Shown: positions 8,268-16,978 of the stretch, in pieces | Numbering within the stretch: the first letter of the stretch is position 1 | How the letters are laid out: every line of letters starts with the position of its first letter | Source: a bacterium | Lineage (GTDB): Bacteria > Sysuimicrobiota > Sysuimicrobiia > Sysuimicrobiales > Segetimicrobiaceae | Length of the DNA stretch: 42,102 nucleotides | Direction of reading: 5' to 3' | Assembly: GCA_035632615.1 (NCBI GenBank) | Contig: DASQGM010000022.1 | Span: 1 to 42,102 of the forward strand | Position numbers and translations under genes: made by a program | The notes under the pieces: generated by a model | Databases searched by the model: none | Told to the model about the DNA's origin: nothing | The model's input: the letters and a program-made list of their open reading frames with translations, nothing else

Positions 8268-9905
8268 CTACTTGAAGATCGAATACTCGATCTCCTTGGC
8301 CGTGATGAACTCCAGCAGCGCCGGGATTCCCTCCTGGGTTTTCCGCACCGCGCGCTGGATCGCCGGCACGATCTGCGACGGCTCCGTCACCCGCTCCCCG
8401 TGGCCGCCCAGCGCCTGCGCGAGCGCCGCGTAGTTGCCGGAGATGTCGGTGCTGCGGTACTTCGCCGTGGCCACCTGCATGATCGGGAGCTCGATCGCCA
8501 TGCTGAAGTTGTTGAACAGCACCGACAGAATCGGGATCCGCTCGCGCGCCGCGGTCTCGAAGTCCATGCCGGTGAACCCGATCGCCGCATCGCCCCAGAC
8601 GTTGATGCACAGCTTCTCCGGCTGCACCAGCTTCGCGCCCATCGCCAACCCGAGCCCGTATCCCAACTGGGTCGTCTTGCCCCACCCGATGTAGGACAGC
8701 GGCGCCTCGGTGACCCAGAACGGCGAGAGCTGATCGCGCGGGCTGCCCGCGTCGTGCGTGATGATCGTGTTCGGCACGTCCACCGTGTGCAGCAGGTCCC
8801 AGATGACGCGGTACGGGGACAGCGGGACCTCGTCAGACGTCAGCTTCGGCATCCATCGCTCCAGCCACGGCGCGCGGATGGCGGCGATCTCGGCGGCCGT
8901 CTTCGCCGCCTGCTCCCGCCGAGGCGCCCGCACCCGCTCCTTGACGGCTGCGAGCACCGCGTCGAGCGTGAGCCCGGCGTCACCCAGCAGGACGTGGTCC
9001 GCCGGTACGTCCTTGTTCAGGTCGGCCGGGTCCAGCGTGGCGTGGATGAGCACCTTGCCCGACGGCATCGGCACGGCGTAGTTGGTCGTCGCGAAGCTGC
9101 AGCCGATCCCGAAGATCACGTCGGCGCGCTGCAAAAACTCGTGGACGGGCTGGGGAATGGACCGGCCGCCCGATCCGAGCGACAAGGGATGGGTCTCCGG
9201 GAACGCGCTCTTCCCCTGGAGGCTCGTGGTCACCGGGGCGCCGAGCCACTCGGCCAGCTCGCGCAGCCGGCCCCAGGCGCGCGCGTAGTGCACCCCCTGC
9301 CCCGCGTACACGACCGGACGCGCGGCCCCGACGAGGACGTCCGCGACCTTGTCGACGGCCCGCGGGTCCGGGGCGGTGCGCGCGCCCGTCACCGCCCGGT
9401 AGGCCAGGGGCTCCGGGACCTCCTCGACGAGCACGTCCGTCGGGAACTCCACGAGCACCGGGCGCGGCCGGCCGGTCCGGACCTGGGTGAACGCGCGGCG
9501 CATCGCGGCCGGCGCTTCGCGCGCGAGCAGCACCTGCTCCGACCACTTGGTGACGTGACGGTAGTTCAGGGCGGAGTTGAAGTTGGGCGGCACGTTGGTG
9601 AGGCGGCGGGGATAGCCGGCCGGCAGCACGACGATCGGCACCGAGTCACCGTACGCCTGCGCCACGCCGCCGAACGAGTTCTCCGCGCCCGGGCCGTGCT
9701 GCATCGCGAACACGCCGATCGTCTGTCCCGAGGACAGCCGGCTCACCGCGTCGGCCATGTGCAACCCGGTCCGCTCCTGCCGGATGATAATCGTCCGGAT
9801 GTCGGCGACCGCCGCGGCTTCGATGATGGGGTTCACGGGATAGCCGATCAGAAACGTCACGCCCTCGCGCTTGAGGATCTCCGCCACCGCCGCCGCCACG
9901 TTCAT
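8268..9905 (-). CDS. Thiamine-diphosphate-dependent enzyme, acetolactate synthase large-subunit-like family; subfamily not resolved
   Basis: Track ORF trimmed to ATG 9903-9905 (MNVAAAVAEILKREGV...) with GGGAGG upstream. Catalytic Glu context IIRQERTGLHMADA. ThDP/Mg motif GDAAIGFTGMDFETAARERIPILSVLFNN, i.e. GD-x-(24)-NN. Confidence 0.9.
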   Translation of the reverse strand: MNVAAAVAEILKREGVTFLIGYPVNPIIEAAAVADIRTIIIRQERTGLHMADAVSRLSSGQTIGVFAMQHGPGAENSFGGVAQAYGDSVPIVVLPAGYPRRLTNVPPNFNSALNYRHVTKWSEQVLLAREAPAAMRRAFTQVRTGRPRPVLVEFPTDVLVEEVPEPLAYRAVTGARTAPDPRAVDKVADVLVGAARPVVYAGQGVHYARAWGRLRELAEWLGAPVTTSLQGKSAFPETHPLSLGSGGRSIPQPVHEFLQRADVIFGIGCSFATTNYAVPMPSGKVLIHATLDPADLNKDVPADHVLLGDAGLTLDAVLAAVKERVRAPRREQAAKTAAEIAAIRAPWLERWMPKLTSDEVPLSPYRVIWDLLHTVDVPNTIITHDAGSPRDQLSPFWVTEAPLSYIGWGKTTQLGYGLGLAMGAKLVQPEKLCINVWGDAAIGFTGMDFETAARERIPILSVLFNNFSMAIELPIMQVATAKYRSTDISGNYAALAQALGGHGERVTEPSQIVPAIQRAVRKTQEGIPALLEFITAKEIEYSIFK

Positions 9906-10001
9906 CTCTGTGCGCCTCCCTGATGTCGCGTGCAATCGCCGGACGCAATCGCCCAAACGCGCGACGCGCCGGGTACGGTGCCGAACCAGACGCGCGCAGC
10001 C

Positions 10002-11699
10002 TCAACGCCTGAACTCTGCAAAGTCTTCCTCCCAAAACTCCTGGGCGCCGCGCCGCTTCTCCTGGTGGCGCGCCTGCTCGCGCTCTCGCAGCTCGATCCG
10101 CCGGATCTTCCCGGAGATGGTCTTGGGGAGCTCGCAGAACTCCAGGCGCCGGACGCGCTTGTACGGCGCGAGCCGCTCGCGCGCAAACGCGAAGATGGCC
10201 CGGGCCGTGTCCTCGGTCGGCTCGACGCCGGGTTTCAGCACGAGGAACGCCTTCGGCACGCTCAATCGAATCGCGTCCGGGCTTGGGACCACCGCAGCTT
10301 CGGCGACCGCGGCGTGCTCGATCAGAGCGCTCTCGAGCTCGAACGGGCTGATTCGATAGTCCGAGCTCTTGAACACGTCGTCGGCCCGGCCGACGTACCA
10401 GAAGTAGCCGTCCCCGTCCCGGGACGCCACGTCGCCCGTCCGGTAGTAGTCTCCGGCGAGCGCGGCGCCCGTCTGCTCGGGGCTGTCGAGGTATCCTTCC
10501 ATTAATCCGACGGGGCGGGGGCGCAGCGCCACCGAGATCTGGCCCTCGTCTGCGGGCTGCCCGCCGGCGTCCAGGAGCGCCAGGCGATAGCCCGGGAGCG
10601 GCCGCCCCATCGAGCCGAGCTTCACCGGCTGGCCCGGGGTGTTTCCCACCAGCGCGGTGGTCTCGGTCTGTCCGTATCCGTCACGGACCGTCAAGTTCCA
10701 CGCCGCGCGCACCTGCTCGATCACCTCGGGATTCAACGGCTCGCCCGCGCTCGCCACCTCGCGCAGCCGCACCGGGTAGGCGCGCAGGTCCTCCAAGATC
10801 AGCATCCGCCACACGGTGGGGGGAGCGCAGAGCGACGTCACGCCACAGCGCGCGACGGCGCCGAGGATCTGCTTGGCGTCGAAGCGCGGCTGATTGTAAA
10901 CGAAGATCGTGGCGCCGGCGTTCCAGGGGGCGAAGAAGCTGCTCCACGCATGCTTGGCCCAGCCCGGCGAGCTGATGTTGTAGTGGACGTCGCCCTCGCG
11001 GAGGCCGAGCCAGTACATCGTGGAGAGGTGCCCGACCGGGTAGCTCTGGTGCGTGTGCATGACCATCTTGGGCTTGGCGGTGGTCCCGGACGTGAAGTAC
11101 ACCAGCAGGGGGTCGCTCGCTCTCGTCTCGCCGTCGGGGGCGAACGACGCCGGCGCCGCGTACGCGTCCGCGTACGGCGTCCAGCCCGCGGCCGCGCCGC
11201 CGACCGCGATCCGCGTCAGGGGCCCCGGGAAATCGCCGAGTCTCCCGGCCGCGGCGGCATCGACGACGAGATGCCGGAGCCCTCCCCTCTCGATCCGGTC
11301 CTCGAGGTCGGCCCGGTTGAGCAGCGTCGTGGCGGGGCTCACCACCGCGCCGAGCTTCATCGCCGCGAGCGTGACCTCCCACAAGGGGACGACGTTCCCC
11401 AGCATGACCAGGATCCGGTCGCCCCGGCGAACCCCACGACCGCGCAGAAAGTTGGCGACGCGGTTGGACCGCTCGCCGAGCTCGGCAAACGTGAGCGCTT
11501 CCTCGCTCCCCGCCTCCGACGCGATGCGAATCGCCGGGCGGTGATTCCCCTCCGCGTAGACGTCGAGATAGTCCAGGGCCCAATTGAAGTGCGACAGATC
11601 CGGGGGAGCGAAACCGTGACAGGCGGCGGCGTAGTCCTCGCGTCGCGCGATCAAGAAGTCCCGCGCGTCCCGGAAGGCGCGGCCGGCGCTCCGGTTCAT
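10002..11699 (-). CDS. AMP-forming acyl-CoA synthetase/ligase (ANL superfamily, medium-chain ACSM-like)
   Basis: 565 aa. Motifs YFTSGTTAKPK, DGYGQTET, YRTGD, PKTISGKIRR. N-terminal FNWALDYLD is typical of medium-chain ligases. AGGGGGTG upstream of the ATG. Confidence 0.9.
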   Translation of the reverse strand: MNRSAGRAFRDARDFLIARREDYAAACHGFAPPDLSHFNWALDYLDVYAEGNHRPAIRIASEAGSEEALTFAELGERSNRVANFLRGRGVRRGDRILVMLGNVVPLWEVTLAAMKLGAVVSPATTLLNRADLEDRIERGGLRHLVVDAAAAGRLGDFPGPLTRIAVGGAAAGWTPYADAYAAPASFAPDGETRASDPLLVYFTSGTTAKPKMVMHTHQSYPVGHLSTMYWLGLREGDVHYNISSPGWAKHAWSSFFAPWNAGATIFVYNQPRFDAKQILGAVARCGVTSLCAPPTVWRMLILEDLRAYPVRLREVASAGEPLNPEVIEQVRAAWNLTVRDGYGQTETTALVGNTPGQPVKLGSMGRPLPGYRLALLDAGGQPADEGQISVALRPRPVGLMEGYLDSPEQTGAALAGDYYRTGDVASRDGDGYFWYVGRADDVFKSSDYRISPFELESALIEHAAVAEAAVVPSPDAIRLSVPKAFLVLKPGVEPTEDTARAIFAFARERLAPYKRVRRLEFCELPKTISGKIRRIELREREQARHQEKRRGAQEFWEEDFAEFRR

Positions 11700-11914
11700 G
11701 TCTCACCCCCTTGTGTCTCGCCCGCGCGGATGGTCGAAGGCAACGCAGGAACGGTGGGCGGGGGAGCGTGAGTCGGTCTTCCGACCTGCGCCCGCGTTCT
11801 CCTCCCACCAGGGACACGGCGAGACGCGGTGTGGACGGAGCGCGGACGGCTTTCAGCGGACCACCCGCACGTGCGGGGAAGACGAGCGGGCCTCGCGCGG
11901 ACAACAGACGGGTC

Positions 11915-12865
11915 CTACCCGGCGATGCCCTCCATGTACCGCGCGGGGTCCTTGTCAAACACTCGCTTGCAGCGAGCGCAGCAGAAATAGAAGGTCCGGC
12001 CCTGGACGTCCGACCGGTACGTCGCCGAGGCGATCTCGACGTCCATGCCGCAGACCGGGTCCCGGACCGCGGCTTCGGCGGCCGCGATCGACTCCTCGAC
12101 GCCCGGGGTGTCCGCGTGCGCCTCGGTCCTGGACACCTGGACGATCTCCGCCAGGATACTGGCGGCAATCTCGTTGGGGTTCACCGCGCCGATGTCGAGT
12201 CCGGCCGGGGCCTTGAGCCGGGCGAGCAGGTCGGCCGCGACGCCCCGATCCCGCAGGACGTCCAGAACCGCTTGCGCGCGCTTCCGGCTGGCCACCAGGC
12301 TCACGTATCGCGCGCCGGTTCGAAGCGCGCGCTCGACCGCGTCCTCGTCGAAGGTGCCGTGGGTCACGACAACGATGAAGGTCTGCCGCGTCGCGCGCAA
12401 CTGGGAGAGCCGCTCCACGGAGTCCTCGGAGCCGATGCGGTCCACGGTGAACTCCATCGCCTCGCCCAGCTTCGCCAGCGTCTCGACCACGGGCCCCTTC
12501 CCGATGAGCACCATCCGGGACCGGGGCAACATCGGCTCGACGAAGATCTCAAGGGTCCCGCCGCTGTGGCACGTCATCGGATACTCCAGCACGCCCTCCC
12601 GTTTTCCCGGGCCGGCGCCGCCCTCGCCCACGAGCGCGATCAGACGGGGACGCCCGTCCGCAAGCGCCCGCAGCGCCTCTTTCACGACCACCGGCTCGGC
12701 GCAGCTGCCCCCGACCCATCCCGAGATCGTGCCGTCCTTTCGCACGACCGCTTTGGCCCCCGGCTTCGCCGAGGTCGGGCGGTCGCAGCGCACCACCGTC
12801 GCCAGAGCGAACGGCTCGCCGGAGGCGGCCAGTTGTTGCGTCAGGACGAGCAGATCAAGCGCCAT
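11915..12865 (-). CDS. XdhC/CoxI-family molybdenum-cofactor insertion chaperone with a C-terminal YHS/TRASH-type metal-binding domain
   Basis: 316 aa. N-terminal domain PFALATVVRCDRPTSAKPGAKAVVRKDGTISGWVGGSCAEPVV. Rossmann-like domain RMVLIGKGPVVETLAKL ... IVVVTHGTFDEDAV. C-terminal 49 aa RDPVCGMDVEIASATYRSDVQGRTFYFCCARCKRVFDKDPARY (nt ~11918-12064). Confidence 0.85.
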   Translation of the reverse strand: MALDLLVLTQQLAASGEPFALATVVRCDRPTSAKPGAKAVVRKDGTISGWVGGSCAEPVVVKEALRALADGRPRLIALVGEGGAGPGKREGVLEYPMTCHSGGTLEIFVEPMLPRSRMVLIGKGPVVETLAKLGEAMEFTVDRIGSEDSVERLSQLRATRQTFIVVVTHGTFDEDAVERALRTGARYVSLVASRKRAQAVLDVLRDRGVAADLLARLKAPAGLDIGAVNPNEIAASILAEIVQVSRTEAHADTPGVEESIAAAEAAVRDPVCGMDVEIASATYRSDVQGRTFYFCCARCKRVFDKDPARYMEGIAG

Positions 12866-12976
12866 GGCGGGACCGCTCAGGCGTCACACCCCCGTCGCCG
12901 GGGCCGACGGTCGCCTCCCCGGCGCGGGCAGAACCCACAGGCGTGCGCGATCGCGACGGCCACCGAGCCGTCTCCC

Positions 12977-15343
12977 TTACTCCGTGACCTTCGCGTCGCG
13001 CAGCGCCTTCCAGACCTTGGCGGGCGTGATCGGGATGTCGATGTTCCGCACCCCGAGGTGCCACAGCGCGTCCACGACGGCGTTCGCGATCGCCGCCGGG
13101 GCGCCCACGGTGGCCGACTCGCCGACGCCCTTCGCGCCGAGCGGATGGTGCGGGGACGGCGTGGTGGTCTTGTCCGTCTCCCAACTCGGCGTCTCCATCG
13201 CCGTGGGCAGCAGGTAGTCCATGAAGCTGCCCCCGCGGATGTTGCCGTTCTCGTCGTAGGAGATCTCCTCGAGCAGCGCGGGCGCGAACCCCATGGTGAG
13301 GCCGCCGTGGATCTGCCCTTCGACGATCATCGGGTTGATGATGTTGCCGCAATCGTCCACCGCGACGAACCGGCGGATCTTCACCTCGCCGGTCCCCTTG
13401 TCGATGTCGACGACGCAGATGTAACTCCCGAAGGGGTAGGTCAGGTTCGGCGGGTCGTAGTAGGAGACCGCCTCGAGCCCCGCCTCCATGCCCTGCGGGT
13501 GGTTCGTGTACGCGGCGAACGCGATGTCTTGGATCGTCTTCGAACGCTGCGGCGCGCCCTTCACCGAGAACTTGCCGGGCTCCCACACGAGGTCCTCTTC
13601 GGCCGCCTCCAGCAGGTAGGCGGCGATCTTGCGGGCCTTCGCTAGGATCTTGCGGGACGCCATCGCCGTGGCCGCCCCGGCGACCGGGGTGGACCGGCTC
13701 GCGTACGTGCCGAGGCCGTACGGGGCGGTGTCGGTGTCCCCCTCCTCCACCTGGATGTCGGCGGCCGGGATCCCGAGCTCCTCCGCGATGATCTGGGCGT
13801 AGGTGGTCTCGTGCCCCTGGCCCTGCGATTTCGTGCCGAACCGCGCGATTGCTTTCCCGGTCGGGTGGATGCGGATCTCCGCGCTGTCGAACATCTTGAG
13901 CCCGAGAATGTCGAAGTCTTTCGAGGGGCCGGCCCCGACGATCTCGGTGAAGCTGCTGATGCCGATCCCCATCAGCTCGCCCCGCTTGCGCTTCTCCGCC
14001 TGCTCGCGGCGCAGGTCCGCGTAGCCGATCTTCTCCATCGCCTTCTGAAGCGCGCCGGCGTAGTTTCCGCTGTCGTACTCCCACCCCAGCGCCGACTTGT
14101 ACGGGAACTGGTCCGGCCGGATGAAGTTCTTCATGCGGAACTCCGCCGGGTCGATCCCGAGCTGGTGCGCCATGTTGTCCGCCATCCGCTCGATCGTCAT
14201 CACGGCCTCTGTGACGCGGAACGAGCAGCGGTAGGCGATCCCCCCGGGTGGCTTGTTGGTGTACACGCCGTCCACTTCCACGTGGGCCGCCTTAAAGTCG
14301 TACGAGCCCGTGCAGATGTGGAACAGCCCCGCGGGAAACTTGGACGGGTTGGCCGCGGCGTCGGTGTATCCGTGATCGGCGATCGTCTTGATCCGGAGCC
14401 CCGTCAGCCTGCCGTCCTTCTTCGCCGCGAGCTCGGCGGTGATGTGGTAGTCGCGGGCGAAGGAATCGGCCTGGAGGTTCTCCATCCGGTCTTCCATCCA
14501 CTTGACCGGCTTCCCGGTCAGCACGGAGGCCGCGACCGCGATGACGTACCCCGGGTAGACCGGGACCTTGCCGCCGAACCCGCCGCCGATGTCGGGTGAG
14601 ATGATCCGGATCTTGTGCTCGGCCAGGCCGACGTGCCCCGCGACCAGCGCGAACACGGTACGGATCGCGTGCGGTGCCTGCGTGGTCATCCAGACGGTGA
14701 GCTTGCCTTGCACCCGGTCGAAGTCGGCGACGCAGCCGCACGTCTCAATCGACGCCACGTGGATGCGCGGGATGTAGATGTCTTGCTTGACCGTCACGTC
14801 GGCGTCCTGGAATGCGCGGTCGGTGGCGGGCCCGTCGCCCCACTCCCAGTGCCAGATGTGATTGTCCTTCTTGTCCTTCTTGTCGGTCCGCAGCACGGGC
14901 GCGCCCGGCTCGAGCGCCTTCTTCGGGTCCACGACGACGGGCAGCGGCTCGTAGTCGACCTCCACCGCCGCGGCGCCGTCGGCGGCGATGTAGCGGCCGG
15001 TCGCGAGGACCGCGGCCACCTCCTGCGCCTGGTACATCACCTTGTCGACGGGGAGCACCATCTGGGTGTCCGACATCAGCGTCGGCATCCAGTGGAGATT
15101 GTACTTCTCGAGGTCCTTCCCGGTGATCACCGCGAGCACGCCCGGGATCGCAAGCGCCTTCGACGTGTCGATCTTCTTGATCTTGGCGTGCGCGTACGGG
15201 CTCCGCACGATGTCCAGGTAGAGCATCCCGGGCAACTGGACGTCGTCGACGTAGGTCCCCTTGCCGCGGATGAAGCGCGGGTCTTCCTTGCGCTTCACCG
15301 AATGGCCCATCCCTCCGACTTCGGGCGACGTCCTGGGCACCAT
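12977..15343 (-). CDS. coxL: Aerobic carbon monoxide dehydrogenase large (molybdopterin) subunit, form I
   Basis: Track ORF 12977..15703 trimmed to ATG 15341-15343, which overlaps the coxS stop as ATGA; 788 aa. Form I active-site loop GGIAYRCSFR is encoded at 14216-14236. N-terminus GHSVKRKEDPRFIRGKGTYVDD is typical of the family. Confidence 0.9.
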   Translation of the reverse strand: MVPRTSPEVGGMGHSVKRKEDPRFIRGKGTYVDDVQLPGMLYLDIVRSPYAHAKIKKIDTSKALAIPGVLAVITGKDLEKYNLHWMPTLMSDTQMVLPVDKVMYQAQEVAAVLATGRYIAADGAAAVEVDYEPLPVVVDPKKALEPGAPVLRTDKKDKKDNHIWHWEWGDGPATDRAFQDADVTVKQDIYIPRIHVASIETCGCVADFDRVQGKLTVWMTTQAPHAIRTVFALVAGHVGLAEHKIRIISPDIGGGFGGKVPVYPGYVIAVAASVLTGKPVKWMEDRMENLQADSFARDYHITAELAAKKDGRLTGLRIKTIADHGYTDAAANPSKFPAGLFHICTGSYDFKAAHVEVDGVYTNKPPGGIAYRCSFRVTEAVMTIERMADNMAHQLGIDPAEFRMKNFIRPDQFPYKSALGWEYDSGNYAGALQKAMEKIGYADLRREQAEKRKRGELMGIGISSFTEIVGAGPSKDFDILGLKMFDSAEIRIHPTGKAIARFGTKSQGQGHETTYAQIIAEELGIPAADIQVEEGDTDTAPYGLGTYASRSTPVAGAATAMASRKILAKARKIAAYLLEAAEEDLVWEPGKFSVKGAPQRSKTIQDIAFAAYTNHPQGMEAGLEAVSYYDPPNLTYPFGSYICVVDIDKGTGEVKIRRFVAVDDCGNIINPMIVEGQIHGGLTMGFAPALLEEISYDENGNIRGGSFMDYLLPTAMETPSWETDKTTTPSPHHPLGAKGVGESATVGAPAAIANAVVDALWHLGVRNIDIPITPAKVWKALRDAKVTE

Positions 15344-15825
15344 CACGCGCCTCCCTGCCGCAGCTTCGCGGCGGCGTACTGGACGGACTTCACGATGTTG
15401 ACGTACCCGGTGCACCGGCAGAGGTTGCCCGAGATCGCCCAGCGGATGTCGCCCTCGGTCGGGTTCGGGGTCTCCTTGAGGAACGCGTAGCTGGTCATCA
15501 ACATCCCGGGGGTGCAGTAGCCGCACTGGAGGCCGTGCTCCTGCATGAACCCCTCCTGCAGCGGGTGGAGCTTCCCGTTCTGCTCCAGGCCCTCGACCGT
15601 CATGAGCTCCCGGCCGTCGGCCTGGACGGCGAACACCGTACACGACTTGACCGGCCGCCCGTCCAGCAGCACGGTGCAGGCGCCGCAGTGGGTGGTGTCG
15701 CACCCGATGTGGGTGCCGGTCAGCCGGAGGACGTCCCGGAGCATGTGCACCAGGAGGAGCCGCGGTTCGACGTCCGCCTCGTGCTTCTCGCCGTTGATGG
15801 TGACCTGGACACGCATCGCGCTCAC
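15343..15825 (-). CDS. coxS: CO dehydrogenase small subunit, two [2Fe-2S] clusters
   Basis: 160 aa. Cys clusters [17 protein letters not shown] and CRCTGY. The GTG start overlaps the coxM stop (GTGA at 15822-15825). Confidence 0.9.
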   Translation of the reverse strand: MSAMRVQVTINGEKHEADVEPRLLLVHMLRDVLRLTGTHIGCDTTHCGACTVLLDGRPVKSCTVFAVQADGRELMTVEGLEQNGKLHPLQEGFMQEHGLQCGYCTPGMLMTSYAFLKETPNPTEGDIRWAISGNLCRCTGYVNIVKSVQYAAAKLRQGGA

Positions 15826-16697
15826 CCGCCTTTTCCGGCGCGCTCGAGCGCCTTTCGCAGCGCCCGAGCCGTCAAGACCCGCACCATATCCCGCTTGTAC
15901 GCCTCGGAGCCCCGCAGGTCCTCAGCGGGCTCGGACTCCTCGGCGGCCAGCTGGGCCGCCCGCGCGATCGTCGCTTCGTCCGGCCGCTTGCCCTGCAGGG
16001 CCGCCTCGGCGCGCCCGGCCTTGATCGGCGTCAGCCCCACGTTGGTCAGGGCGATGCCGACCCGCTGGCAGGTGCCGTCCGGCGCCAGGGTCAGTTGGAC
16101 CGCCACCGCGGCCGTGGCGAAGTCCCCCACCTTGCGCTCCAGCTTCAAGTACGCGCCGCCGCTTCGGGCGGGCGGCGCCGGTACCCGGATCTCGATCAAG
16201 ATCTCGCCGGCCGCCAGCGCGGTCGTAAACGGCCCCGAAAAGAACGCGGAGGCGGGAATCGTCCGCTCGCCGCGGGGCCCCGTGGCGACGATCTCGGCCC
16301 CGAGCGCGAGCATCGTCGCTGGGTGATCGTTCGCCGGATCGGCGTGGGCAAGGTTGCCGCAGACCGTCGCGAGATTGCGCACCACAGGGTCGCCGATCAC
16401 CCGGCTGGTGTCGTGGAGAATCGGGTAGCGGGTCCGGACGAGCGTGGACTTCTCCAGATCGGACTCGCGCACGAGGGCGCCGATCCGCAGCGCGCCGTTC
16501 CGCTCCTCGAGGTAGGTCAGCCCGGGGATCCGGTTGATGTCGACGATGTGCGGCGGCGAGGCGAGCCGCAGCTTCATCAGCGGGATGAGGCTCTGCCCTC
16601 CGGAAAGAATCTTGGCGTCGTCGCCGTACTGGGCAAGCAGGGTCGCGGCTTCTGAGATCGAGGCGGGACGGTGGTACGCGAAGCTCGCGGGGATCAT
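15822..16697 (-). CDS. coxM: CO dehydrogenase medium (FAD-binding) subunit
   Basis: Track ORF trimmed to ATG 16695-16697 ([17 protein letters not shown]...) with AAGGGGGG upstream. FAD-binding motif [18 protein letters not shown] gene order as in form I cox operons. Confidence 0.9.
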   Translation of the reverse strand: MIPASFAYHRPASISEAATLLAQYGDDAKILSGGQSLIPLMKLRLASPPHIVDINRIPGLTYLEERNGALRIGALVRESDLEKSTLVRTRYPILHDTSRVIGDPVVRNLATVCGNLAHADPANDHPATMLALGAEIVATGPRGERTIPASAFFSGPFTTALAAGEILIEIRVPAPPARSGGAYLKLERKVGDFATAAVAVQLTLAPDGTCQRVGIALTNVGLTPIKAGRAEAALQGKRPDEATIARAAQLAAEESEPAEDLRGSEAYKRDMVRVLTARALRKALERAGKGG

Positions 16698-16978
16698 CGT
16701 CGCCCCCCTTCGTGGATCTTCGCGGATCCGGGTGAACAACCGGCCTTCGGAACGGTCGTGCCGTTACTGCAAGTGGCCTGCGCATTGCTTCGACTTGCCA
16801 CGATCATAGCACCATCTTGCGGGGCGATCCAGGGTACGCTAGGCGAACAGGCGTGTGCCGGTCGTCCGGCACCATGCGGCGTAGGCGATTGGCGCAGTGC
16901 GACACCGCGCGAGGCGCGGCGGCGCCACCCGTGAAGCACCAGGACCCACCCCGCGCACCCAAGAACTCAGATATTGAC

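Noticed and set aside
9932-9953. Direct repeat GCAATCGCC-GGAC-GCAATCGCC, 27-48 nt upstream of the ThDP-enzyme start.
   Set aside because: It could be a regulator site. However, a single 9-mer duplication at short spacing is about what chance predicts once in the ~3 kb of intergenic sequence here. It is not supported by any other copy.
11864-11877. Perfect 14-bp palindrome CCCGCACGTGCGGG in the 215-nt spacer between the XdhC-YHS gene and the acyl-CoA synthetase gene.
   Set aside because: The loop would be too small for a terminator hairpin. By rough estimate, GC-rich palindromes of this length are expected by chance several times in 42 kb at this composition. There is no second copy or partner motif.
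14864-14884. Tandem 9-nt repeat (GTCCTTCTT x2.3 on the plus strand) inside coxL, encoding DKKDKKD.
   Set aside because: It is in-frame, tiny, and lies in what appears to be a surface-exposed region. It is most simply a slippage-derived low-complexity insertion with no evidence of function.
12977-15343. Alternative reading of the Mo-enzyme cluster as xanthine/nicotinate/isoquinoline-type hydroxylase or form II 'CoxL-like' enzyme, which would fit the neighbouring N-heterocycle-type genes.
   Set aside because: The active-site loop is AYRCSFR (form I, Cu-binding Cys) rather than AYRGAGR, and the gene order is M-S-L. CO dehydrogenase is the better-supported call.
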